A stretch of DNA of 59,366 nt, counting the filler, from Sphacelaria rigidula (Eukaryota), in NCBI GenBank assembly GCA_964200075.2. It is 8 parts of 8 records of this genome, joined end to end, with 100 filler letters (N's around TTAATTAATTAA, not from the genome) between each part and the next. Parts side by side here need not be neighbours in the genome. Positions count along the whole stretch, not along the records: positions 1 to 7,334 come from CAXNAA020015391.1; positions 7,435 to 14,768 come from CAXNAA020015392.1; 6 more parts are not named here. One strand, written 5' to 3'. The number at the start of each line of letters is the position of its first letter. Position 1 is the first letter of the stretch. The notes beneath the pieces were generated by a model. The model did not search any database. It was not told the origin of the DNA and saw only the letters and a list, made by a program, of their open reading frames with translations. A program made the position numbers and the translations under genes. Of the stretch, positions 1 to 10,700 are shown one piece after another.

Positions 1-104
1 AAGTTGCGGCAGATGCCGAGCCTGGGCCGTTTCTCAAGTTTGTCTAAAATTTGAGGTTGATTTTCTTACTGACACGTTTCTTACTTGCGGGCCGGTACTG
101 TTGC

Positions 105-180
105 CATTTCGAGTTCTATCGAAGGGTAGTACGCGAGAAAAGCCCCAAAACACCCCTGAATAGTTAGACCGCCCACTACT
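105..180 (+). mobile_element. Truncated right end of a Tc1/mariner-like MITE (same family as 29910-30458)
   Basis: CATTTCGAGTTCTATCGAAGGGTAGTACGCGAGAAAA...ATAGTTAGACCGCCCACTACT aligns with 30381-30457. Confidence 0.75.
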
Positions 181-259
181 CTTGTACGAGGTGACAACTT
201 GAATCAATCGATAAAATATAGAGCCGACCCGCTCGCAAAAACCACGCCATCAGTATCAA

Positions 260-366
260 CCCTTTGGGAACCCACTGCTGATTTTAGTTCTTGTGAATCG
301 GCATTAGTTTCAAATGAAAATGACTGAAAATGATGCCGATTGACAAAAACGAGATTTAGTACTAGG
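260..366. mobile_element. Palindromic piggyBac-like MITE, decayed
   Basis: TCAA|CCCTTT...AGG|TTAA ends. Internal inverted repeat 287-312 / 325-350 (22/26 pairs) built on the GAATCGGCAT / ATGCCGATT motif shared with the other copies. Confidence 0.55.
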
Positions 367-599
367 TTAACAAATGCTGAACTTTCTGGACCAGGTAAGA
401 GGTGAGATAAATGCAGCATTTTACTTGTTGGACAGAATGAACAGGGCCCAACTATTGATCCCACACGAAGTCTTCCCTACTAGATGTGAAGTAGGTATTC
501 ACATTTCGGGTGAAGCTTCGTGAGCCCGAGTCCAAAACCGCACCCCTCTACTAACGGACCGGTTGTGTAAACACTACACAGGACTGTTGTAGTTGCCCG

Positions 600-1520
600 C
601 TTATGAGAAACGAGGTTGCGAGAAAATTAGGTTGGGATCTTCAAAACAAAACAACAGTGTTCAACCTCACCGACGATCGCTTCATACATGGAGTCCAATG
701 CAATAAGTAATGAGTACAGATAATACCCTCAGCCTGAATTTCAGTTTCCCATGAGCGGGCCGACACTACTGTAATGGTATTTTTTCAACACTTTGAACCC
801 CTACCCGCCTCGGGCGGGACGAGTCCGTGGTGTCAAAGGATCAACCTACTTCCCCCCCGGGTACACCGTTTACATTTTGTCGATACTTGGCGAATATGGG
901 CAAATTTGATGCAACCGGCAGTCAGTACAAAGAAGTGTGGGAACATCGAGAATCTACGCCCGCATGTTCGGGCAGTCAGTGCAGTCCTTCGGGTTCATCG
1001 CACACAAAAAAACGGATACACACGTGACACGAGATAATTGTTGCATTTGTCTCAGACAGCCACTAAACGGTGTCCCATTCTAATCCCCATTCCTCAAATA
1101 AACCTAGGGCCTAACCTTTGTGCAATTGAGAGGACAAGCAAAATGGTGCCCAATACACGGGGTTCGTTCATGGATGCGATCTACAACACACTTGGTACGT
1201 AAATTTGAACTTTTATTTGAATTTTCACTTAAATTTTGGTCGACATGCAGCAAAACTTCGACAAAATAATGACCATTTCAGTTACTCGTCAGTACCGCCT
1301 CTCAAGAGAGGTCTCGCAACGGCTACATTTTCGGGCAAAAATTTGGTCCGTAAGACCCGCCTCCTCTCTCAACATGGGACGGCTGGTGATGTGTTTGAAG
1401 AAACAAGAACAAAAAAAAAAAGCGTGGTGTGCAGAGTTTACAAAATTGACTGCGCAGTCTAATCGTATAACCACAACCATCACTACTAACATTCGTGTAG
1501 CCGCCTTTTGCATGCCACAC
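600..1520 (+). pseudogene. Possible highly decayed piggyBac transposase, C-terminal half
   Basis: Fragments in different frames occur in the expected order: GWDLQNKTTVFNL (like WxDxKxVxxL), YLANMGKFDATG (like YNxxMGGVD), AKW...FMDAIYN (like KW...DxAxxN), then a Cys-containing end. Many stops and frameshifts. Confidence 0.35.
791..862 (+). repeat. Short (~70 bp) dispersed repeat, six copies: 791-862, ~1650-1720, 9510-9577, 12812-12875(-), 34180-34247, 36436-36495(-)
   Basis: Consensus ACTTTNAACCCTTCCCTTCCTCGGGACGAGTCCGTGGTCTCGAGGGATCAACCNATCTNTCCCC found in contigs 1, 2 and 5. Confidence 0.85.
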
Positions 1521-3107
1521 TGAGGAGGCGAAACATGGCAACAAGGTGTGTGGGAGATTTCAGCACAAACCCACCACCGGTCCACAGATCATGACAAACC
1601 CTTTTCCACGTTGCACTCATTTACTTTTGACGTCCACCCCATCCCATCCAACCCCCACCCCGCTGCCTCGGGACGAGTCCAAGTTCGTTGTCTCAAGGGA
1701 TCAACCAATCTTCCCTCTGGCACAATAGGAGTACATTACATGTTGGTATTTGCGCGGACTGGACAACACCTCCCAGACTGCAACCAGTATATTACAAAAT
1801 TTGACCGCGCACGAATCATTTCACGTGACCACCTTCACCAGTTCCCCCTACACAATCCGCAAAATTAAACAATTCAGACCAACAAACCGTAAACGACATT
1901 ACGTACAACGCACTTTGGGGGTGCTCGATGTAGCCTCCAAAAGGGTAGAAAACCGTGCATATACGAGCAAAGAAGGAAAACACATATCGAGAATCTTCCA
2001 GTACGGCCAAACAGCCCATGATGTGCAACTTGTCCGGGTTCCTGGCCAAAACGGATACAGCATGACTAATAAAAATTAGATCACCGGACGACCAACTACG
2101 GGGGATGGGCAAGCTACCAATTTCCAAGGTGATGGTTGAGGACCGCACCTGAAAAAAAAAAAATCACCCGTGCAACAGCACCCTACAAACCGCAGTGTCA
2201 TGGGCCAGACATCCCGCGAAACACAGATATATACTTATACATGTATTTAGTCTGAGATTGAAGGGCATGTGAGGCACTTTATCTAGCCATCCACAGCGAA
2301 AGGCACAACAGAAACAATTTCCTATCCCGTCCACTACACCTAGCAAGGAACAAACATGCACACAACTACAGTAATTCCACTGCACTGGAAAAGTGCCATG
2401 TTCTACACGAACAGCAGGCGGAAGCACGCGGTATCGAGAGATCACGGTAACACTTACAATGTTGTTTCTCGATCCACAACGCAGTCCACGCACGCCACGC
2501 CCAACCACTGATGGAAAAAATCGCAGTGTACGATACAGTGTGCTGCGACTCATTGATTGCGGAGATTTTGGGACACTTACCCAAGAAGTGTACGGCCGTC
2601 AATCTCCATCAAATATCCGGATATTGTGACGGAGCGCTACTGACATCATCATCCGGTGCTTTGCCCATCAACTCCAAAACAATACATTTACAATAACTTT
2701 TCTTTTCCCGTGACCGTCTAAACTAACGAAAACCTGCAGAGATGGTGGGAACATTTTTTGGTCGATACGTTACAAAACTGGGCAACCATTGCTCCCCCAA
2801 AAAATCACAACCATCGAGATGCAAGACCACAAGAAAAAGCACCGAGAGAGACGCACACGAAGCACACACACATACACACAGCCCTGTTGCCATTTCCTAT
2901 TTATTCGGGAATGACATTAGAGAGTTTCGGAAAAAACAAAAACTGGCCGGAAAAACTCAGGGATAATTATCGTTTGATTGGATTTTAGAGAGAAGACGCA
3001 ATTATCCTTGAGTCTTTGGCTCAAAATGTTGTTTTCCGAAACTCTCTATATTGAGCAGAACGTTGAAAATTATTTCCCGTTGTTGCAAATTGTAAGCCGT
3101 ACTCAAC

Positions 3108-5181
3108 TCACACCACAGTAACATTTCCCTGCATCCTGCCGTTTCCCGCACCACCACTGCCACCACCACCTCCAGCACGTTCATTACCGTTTCTCCACCA
3201 GCCCAACACTCCCCGAGGGGTCTCGCTCTGCGAAGCCCTTGCTTCGATTCTTAGGTTTGTCGTCGCCGGTGCTGCTGCCGCCCGTGCATCGCGTTCGGGT
3301 GACCCAGCTTGTAGGCGAGCAACGTCGGCTCGCAGACTACGAAGCTCTTCATCCTGGACTCGCACCTGGAAAAAAACGGCGTGCACAGTGATTCGTACGG
3401 TATCATCGCATCGGGGTTTCCCAGCAAAAGACTTCAGGTTTTGAATACAGTTAGGGATGAAGGATTGCAAGATGAAAGGTGTTTTTCATGCACTCGCGTC
3501 TCACCCTGTGGACCTATATCAACTGCAGTGGTGAGAATAACGTACGTACACGGGATCTGCTTGCAGATCGGAGTGCTACGAGAACCATGGGCTCTCTTTA
3601 GCACCTGCTCCGAAGTTGTCTAGATTTCCTGAATCCACCGACATACGTGTATGCGGGAACACACTGCGTCCGATTATCTTCGCGGACACACGCGCGCGGT
3701 CGTGCAGACATGCACACACTCAAATGATTACTGGTTCAACGGAGCCAATTTTCTAATCAACCATTCGAACTTACGACACAAAACAGTGACTAATTCGAAA
3801 GGATCACAGATGACGCACACATGAGCACCTTGGCTTCAAGTGCAGCTCGTGCAAGCCCCGCTTCTCGCCCAGATGCCCCCTCGCCTCCATCTCCGCTATC
3901 CGTTACTGCCTCCACCGTCTTCTTGTCCGGCTTGTCCTCGCTCAGTCCCTCACCCTTTTCCGTCCCACCACGTAATCCGTCAGGGTCATCATCCTGGACG
4001 TCTTCTATACCAAACTCGTGGGCAAGAGAGTCGAGCCACGCCACATCTACGGAGGCGTGTCTTTGATCGTGGCGGATGGTGACAGTTCGGTGTGTCAGCT
4101 CTGGAGCATCGCCTACACGAGGAGAGCCCGGAAACAGAGATCGGAGGGTGGCGATGCAGCGCTTCAGTGTTTCCTGTGGGCAGCGTATGGAAGGCGTACG
4201 CAGAGGGGCAAAGGTGCACTCACGATCATGCATGCCATAGTCATAAGACCAGAGGGGCAGGGGGGCGGGGACAAGGGCTTCGAAAGTGCACAACTCACGC
4301 TGTAGATCAAGGGCCACCACACGTCACCTTACAGAAAAAAAAAAAATGCACGCGACTTCAATCTATCCGGAGGCAAGAGCTTTGCATATGTTGCATGGGA
4401 ATCTTCCTCATAACAAGCTTGAATGAGCGCACCCAAATGAGTCGTTGAAGCTTGAAACAGGTACCAGAGCAGCAACACTTCGAAGGGGATGTTCCGTCAT
4501 CCAGGAGTGACAGCCATGGTGGAAATGAACCTCCGACTGGATCGGTGAGTAGCGCCGATATGATCGGAGGCCTTTCGGCGGCCGCCGTCGGCGGTAACGA
4601 GCCTCCCCGAAGGGGCTGCCCGAAGCCCTCCCCGGAGAGGCCCCGGAGGACGGAAAATTGTAGGGCGACGCCTCATTTAGCGTCACCTGACCTTCATTCT
4701 GGCGCGTTGAAGACTTTGGAAAACGTGGATTTGAGGCGGGGGACGCTATACATGATGATGCTCGAACACGTCATCTCGCCATGATGGCCATGTACGCTAC
4801 TTCGTAATTCAGTCTTGCGCCGAAACAAAACAAAACACAATTACATCCGAACGCCCGCATGGGAGAGAACTATTGAACAATATCAGCCGTAAAGTAGGCA
4901 CAGTTCACACCAGCGGCGAGCCCCCGACGAAGGAGTACCGGTTCCACACGCCCGGCACGCGTGAAAAGCTGTGGTCGAGGCGGGGTCGTCGGCACGGATT
5001 TCTGGCTGGAAACGTGATAGTTCCCCGCGTCGGATTGTAGAAATAGTGTAGCTTTGTATTGGTGGCTTGCGTGCACATATGCTACGCCGATAGGTGGCGG
5101 CCACACTGGAGGAGCCACGCCCCGATGATGAGTGTGGGGTAGCCCATAATGTACACGAGCTGGGTCCGCGTAGGGGTGGAT
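3108..5181 (-). CDS. 3' part of a spliced gene for an unknown low-complexity protein with a short coiled coil; exons 5181-4939 (weaker), 4698-4465, 4173-3829, 3365-3108 (stop)
   Basis: All four exons have AG/GT boundaries and lengths divisible by 3 (243, 234, 345, 258). Joins read HPLRSVAAL|ETLKRCIATLRSLF and LARAALEAK|VRVQDEELRSLRADVARLQ. No family recognised. Confidence 0.6.
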
Positions 5182-5204
5182 CTGTACGTTGTGGGACCAC
5201 TTTC

Positions 5205-5480
5205 ACCTCAATTTTGACAGTTGGACTTTCAAATTCGGTACGGAAAATTGACAGAGCACCATGAAAACAATCTCATGGGACGTTGTTGAGGTTTTTCATC
5301 ATGAGTTAGGGGCAAAAATCAAATCCAGTTGTGAGTGAAACCACCGCCAGTCATGAAAAAAGAAATATATATACATATATATGTATATATATATATATAT
5401 CTCAACGTCCCAGGAGATGTTTTCATTACGCCCTGTTGAATCTCCACACCGATTTTTAGTCCAACTCTCAGAATTGAGGT
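5205..5480. mobile_element. Foldback MITE with ~80-bp imperfect terminal inverted repeats around a (TA)n core
   Basis: ACCTCAATTTTGACAGTTGGACT...ATGAAAACAATCTCATGGGACGTTG is the reverse complement of CAACGTCCCAGGAGATGTTTTCAT...AGTCCAACTCTCAGAATTGAGGT. Confidence 0.8.
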
Positions 5481-5649
5481 AAGAACGGGTGATTCAGATC
5501 CCGGGCCGGTTGATATTCGGAATAATTTTGCAGACCATCTATCAGCTCAGTTTTGGTATTGGTGTTTCGAGTTTTAGTGCAGGAAACCACTACGGATAAC
5601 GAAAAAATGGGACACGTCGATTTTTTTCAAAATGTTTTCCATGAGTTTC

Positions 5650-5747
5650 CCCTTCGACCGCGAGGGTGGTCCATCTGGATCATGCATACTTTTTTGCAGT
5701 GAAATTGATGCCGATTCAGCACGTGACTTACTCTTGCTGTCTGAGGG
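5650..5747 (+). mobile_element. piggyBac-like MITE (~100 bp), asymmetric form; other copies 27952-28063(+), 28784-28885(-), 47682-47779(+)
   Basis: CCCTT...AGGG termini, with TTAA or a near match at most ends. Imperfect ~28-bp TIRs. Shared interior GTCCATCTGGATCATG...GTGAAATTGATGCCGATTCAGCA. Confidence 0.75.
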
Positions 5748-5970
5748 TTAGGGGTCTTTGAGTACCGTGAAGACCATTTTTTCACGGAAACGTCCTCGAC
5801 TCACCGAAAACAATATGAAGGCCCACTATTTTGCTTGTTTTCAGTATACCCTTGCGATTTTCCATGCTCGATTTCAACTTACAATACAAAAAATTACGCT
5901 GAGGAAAAGTCAAACACAACGTTAATCTTCCATTAAAACGCCCCCAAGTAAGAGTCGTGTACGATAAGAA

Positions 5971-6055
5971 GACCGACGAAAGGATTTGAGCCCTTACTCT
6001 CTCTGCGCAACGCGAGCGAGACCCAGAGCGCTCTTTCCAGTTAAGCTACGTCGGT
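5971..6055 (-). tRNA. tRNA-like cloverleaf (pseudo-tRNA or tRNA-derived element), anticodon unassignable
   Basis: ACCGACG/CGTCGGT acceptor stem (7/7), D arm GCTT-AACTGGAAA-GAGC, anticodon stem CTCTG/CAGAG with an 18-nt loop, variable loop AGAGT, T arm AAGGG-CTCAAAT-CCTTT. T54 and U33 are non-canonical. Confidence 0.65.
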
Positions 6056-7166
6056 AGCGTTGAGTGGACAGGACAGGGCTCGAGTGAGCTTGACAGACAG
6101 ACGTGGAGGTGAAGAGAATAAGTTGTTGTGAGCTGAGGTGGGGATGGTCTGCGATCTCTCCACGCAGCTCATCTCAGACAACATGATATGGATCAAAGGA
6201 TCATGCACCAACAGACATTGGCCTAGAGTTCAGTTCAACGTGTAGATCACCTTGGGTTTGGTGTGTACAACGTTCTGTGACTCTTGGGCCTATTCGGTCT
6301 GATATTGTCCCGATATTCCGAGACAAACAGATCACCCTCTAAAGATCTAGCGGACGTCTGAGGAACCTTCCTCAGTGCTAGAACGTTCCCACGAATAGAA
6401 CCAATAAAAGGTTCTTGGACAGAACTATAAGGTATGTTGGGTTCTCATAAGTGTGATTCACACAAGACGTGAAATAAAAAAAATCAAGGAGCTGAAGGCA
6501 TGATTTCTTTCATCATTGCGATGCGCCATAACAAATTTCAAGGCACAACGCTCAAAATGTGAGACACGAAATCCAGATTAAGTGCATTTAGTGCCTCTGC
6601 TCGTGATATAATGAGTTAAGCATGGAATCTCATGTGCGCCATATCTCGAGATAGATAGCGAGTTAGGTGAAGGTGAGGGTATCGATCGATTCCCCGTGCT
6701 CAACGAAATGTTCTCACCGAAATTCGTCATCATAGGCTGAATATATCGTTCGGGGTTTCATGTAGACTCTAGTTTGGACCCTATCTCCGTATGGTATAAA
6801 AATTACTCAACATGGCGTCTGATAAACGAGAAAAACATGGCCAAGGATTTTGAGTAGATGGGCATCTATCCTCGCCATGACTAGGCGAATGATAAGATAT
6901 GCGGATCACGGCCCGATTCGCCTGTGTCAAATGAGATATGGCTGTGAGAACTCAAACCTGTGTTCAGGCTGGTCCAGCTCGTACAGTTCATCTGAAAACG
7001 ACAAACTCGTATGCCAACCGATTTCGTTAGCAAGTACCACGACACGATTGAGTGCATGCACGCCTGGTAGCCAACTGGGTCGGTTTCAAATTTGAAGACT
7101 GAACATCCATTCCAGTATTGAAGTCTGTACTGTACTACTGTACTGCCCTGTGCTGTTGCGTGACAG

Positions 7167-7297
7167 AGGGGGGGGGGGGTAGCCCGCGCAGGGCAAGCCG
7201 GCGAGGTACGTTTCTCGACTGCCAAGGGAAGATCAAAGCCTCCAGGTGGGGAAACGTTCAGGAGGAGGAGCATACATCCGCCGACTTTGAAGCACCG
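7167..7297 (+). CDS. Possible isolated exon of an unknown gene
   Basis: GC-rich open stretch between a ...GCGTGACAG acceptor and a strong CCG|GTAAGG donor. Frame uncertain. Confidence 0.3.
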
Positions 7298-7334
7298 GTA
7301 AGGGGCGGAAGAACGGGGGGGGGGGGGGGAACAA

Positions 7335-7434
7335 NNNNNNNNNNNNNNNNNNNNNNNNNNNNNNNNNNNNNNNNNNNNTTAATTAATTAANNNNNNNNNN
7401 NNNNNNNNNNNNNNNNNNNNNNNNNNNNNNNNNN
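7335..7434. other. Artificial contig spacer N44-TTAATTAATTAA-N44 (identical spacers at 14769-14868, 22202-22301, 29635-29734, 37068-37167, 44501-44600, 51934-52033)
   Basis: Seven identical 100-bp spacers. TTAATTAATTAA puts a stop in all six frames. The intervening pieces are 7334, 7334 and then six of 7333 bp, consistent with length-sorted contigs concatenated together. Confidence 0.98.
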
Positions 7435-7457
7435 CCCCCCCCCCCGCCCGGGGGGGT

Positions 7458-7489
<32 letters not shown>

Positions 7490-7556
7490 GCGTTCCCGAG
7501 GTACTTTGTCACCAAGCTCATTTTGACAAGGTGCTGTTGCTTCCTCCTGGTTACAG

Positions 7557-7690
7557 GCGGATCAGCGCTCAGCATGCTGAGGCGTTCAAGAAGGTTTTGG
7601 AGGAGTGGCGCGTACAACAGGCTGATCAGTTCCAAACGCGGTATTTCTATATCCTGCCCGAGACTGAGGTGTGTGTGTATGTGTTTGTGC

Positions 7691-7733
<43 letters not shown>

Positions 7734-10700
7734 ATGCGTGAAGAGCTTCACACCTTTTTCTGAGCAGGACCCGCTTTTATTCGTACGCAGAGCAGGTTTT
7801 GGCCTGGCGTCCATGCCAGTATTTTCTGCTTGTTTCCCCCCCCCTCCCCCTGTTGTTTCGCTCATCCCCCCCGTTTTCCCCTTCAGGGATTGTTTTCGTT
7901 CTCGATGTATCTACCTTGCGTACTACGTACGCGCCTATTTTGTGACAGCACGGCTGGGTCGATTAACGCGCAACAACGATGAATCGATGGATCATTCCAT
8001 ACTTTGAACTGGCTTGTCCTGCAATAAGCCAGAGGTGTCCTCCTCCAAGGTGCGTCACTCCTCAACAAAACATCGTGGCACGATCAAAATTCGCTGTTCG
8101 TCACACGCAACGAATCTGCCCCCCCCCCCCCCCCCCCCCTCGCCCTTCAGTGTTTTCAAATAAGTGAGCGGTACATGTCGGTAATCATACAGGGTCCTAC
8201 CCTCAACATATTGCGGTAAGCATCCCAGGCTGGCAGCCCACTGCAGCATCTGGTGCGACCTTCACTGACTTGAAACGGTGATTTGTTTTTCAAAACATCC
8301 TGGGGAGTATCGATCATTATGTGTGCACTTCGTGTTTGATGTCTTCACTTGTCGATTTATTGCAACCTCCCTCCGAAACCATGTTGCGGGTGAACAGCAG
8401 CAAGAGGGGTTACCTATCTGAGAGGAGGGAAGGGGGGGGGAGGGGGGGGGCGTTTTCAGGACCGTGGAACACCCCAGGAGACAAGCATAGTGATTGCGGA
8501 GTAGTATGTGTTGCATTGTGTGTCGTCTCTCCGGTGCGTAATTCATGTAATTCGTAGATGTTCTTGGTGTCTTCCGGCCTTGCTGCTGTGTAGCATTACC
8601 GGCCTCTGTCGATGTTCGCCATGCAGTGTACCTTCTTCCTCTGCGTGTTTTTTGCACACTCGGCATTCATCCATCTCCAACGGGCTGAGTGATATCCGTG
8701 CGCACTTATGTATGTCTCTTGCTGTTCCCTCGGGTTTTTTTAAGGTGATTGAGATGGTGATGAGGGTGCCCACCACGCGTGAGGAGCTGATGTGCATCGG
8801 GAGCTGGCGAGGCAAGTTATCCTGTCCAAAGATACAATAAAAGTGTAGATTGTGAGTACTGCAGGATACTCTGGCTATCGACTACTGCAACTACCGAGGA
8901 TTCCACCCTAGCTGCAATACTGAGCCCTAGTCGTGGCCTACCCTGCCTTAACCGCCTCGGCTGTTGTTGTTATGTTCCGTTTCATCTGCGCCCTTGTGCC
9001 GCTTTCGAGTTGTTTCCCTGGGGCGGTTTATTCACACAACCACGAGTTTCATCTACCCGCCCTATTTCCTAATCTCCACTTGCAGTTGCCTTACGTTTTG
9101 TGTTATTAGACGACACTGCAGCTCCACACACGACATCCACGAGTTTGCATGGTCATGACACCCTCGCGCCCCCTTCTTGGCCCCTGTGCTATGATTATCC
9201 TTGATTTTGTGTACATCGTGTTTACAGCGGACCGGAAGCTGGGCAACCACGGCGATTCCTTACTGAAGAGGATTAAGGAGTTCTTGGAGGAGCACTCCAT
9301 CACGCCGAACGGCGAGTTCCCTTGGGGGGACCAGCGGCCAGAGGTGAAACACAGTAAAAACAGACGAGAGAAAAAAAATATCGTTGGCGGGGTGATACAC
9401 GGGGAAGGTTGAGGGTCGTGCTTATTCGGTTCGTGGGGTGCGCCCAGCGCACGTTCGTTCAATCGTTCTTATCTTGTTATATAAACGCATATGTAGTAAA
9501 TCCAGCCACACTTTCAACCCTTTCCCTTCCTCGGGATGAGTCCGTTGTCCGACGGGATCAACCCATCTCTCCCCGGTACGCACCTTCTTGCGTTTTGGTC
9601 TCGCGGATTGGATCATGACCATTAACACTCCCGCATCGCGTCGAATTTTGTCAGAGAATCTCAGAACATTTTGTTTTTGGTACTCAACCTCCTCATGCTT
9701 TCAACGATTATCAGATACTTCCGGGGGGAAACCCGAACGCATTCGGCAGGAACCGAACCAGTATCCTTTCCACCCTGATGATGTCAGTTTCATCAGAGTG
9801 TTTGTTAGTGTTGCACTATGGGAATCAATCGTGGCGCTTAGTCGAATAAAAACAAACGCATACTGTAGGGTGCGTATTCACATATAGCACAAGTAGGGGG
9901 GAGGGGGGGGGGGCATGAGATAGCCGTCGCCCTTCCCATCCGTGTCGAATGAAGTCGTCATGATCGTCAGTCACTCTGAAATCGAAAATCGCTGATCCTT
10001 GAGCATACCGCAATTCGTGCGAAACAAGTAGTTGAAAATTGACGTCGGGTTCATTATTTATCTCTTCACTTACGTACCGTTCAGAATCCAGCATTTTGGA
10101 AATCCAAGTAACCCTTGAGGTATAAGGTAGAGTTCGAGGATACTCTGGGGGTCGGGATTCCAGGTCCTTGCGGGTACTCAATAGTTCAGGGGATATCCAC
10201 TACCAGTCCTCCGCGGGGGGTACTGAGTACTGCACTGAGTACTCTGAGTGCCGAAACTGAGCATGCTGTGTGGTTGGTACGCCAGGGCATTCCATACCCC
10301 CCCCCTCCTTCCTGGTCCGGCGAAAACCCGGCGTGCTCCGTCCCGGCTTTGTAGGGATGGGAGGACAATGGTCTTGTGACTGTGGCATGCATGATCATGA
10401 GTACACCCTCCTTGTTGAAGGAAGGAGGAAACCTCACCGAACATTCACCCCGCGAGCGAGTTCGTTTGCCGATTACCCTGAGGCTCGGCTCGACCGCCTT
10501 ACGGCAGTCATGTGGAGTAGGCGCCTCGAGTGTTCGGAACGCTTTGCTCGAGGCAGTGTGGGGGTTGGACCCTCTGAAACCCCCCGTTAACTTGGCGTAG
10601 TGCACGCGTCGCCCTACTCGTTTGAGCTTCGATCCTAGCGTACTGTATACTGTACTGTAGGCCCCTCGATAACAGCCGATGAGTCTTTGTGGCATGGCTC

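Noticed and set aside
4452..4784. 110-aa plus-strand ORF
   Set aside because: Antisense shadow of the minus-strand exon 4698-4465, which has matching splice sites and phase.
7490..7556. Possible 56-nt intron (7501-7556) and upstream exon of the helicase
   Set aside because: Phase compatible, but unusually short for this genome and adjacent to an unreliable poly-G contig end.
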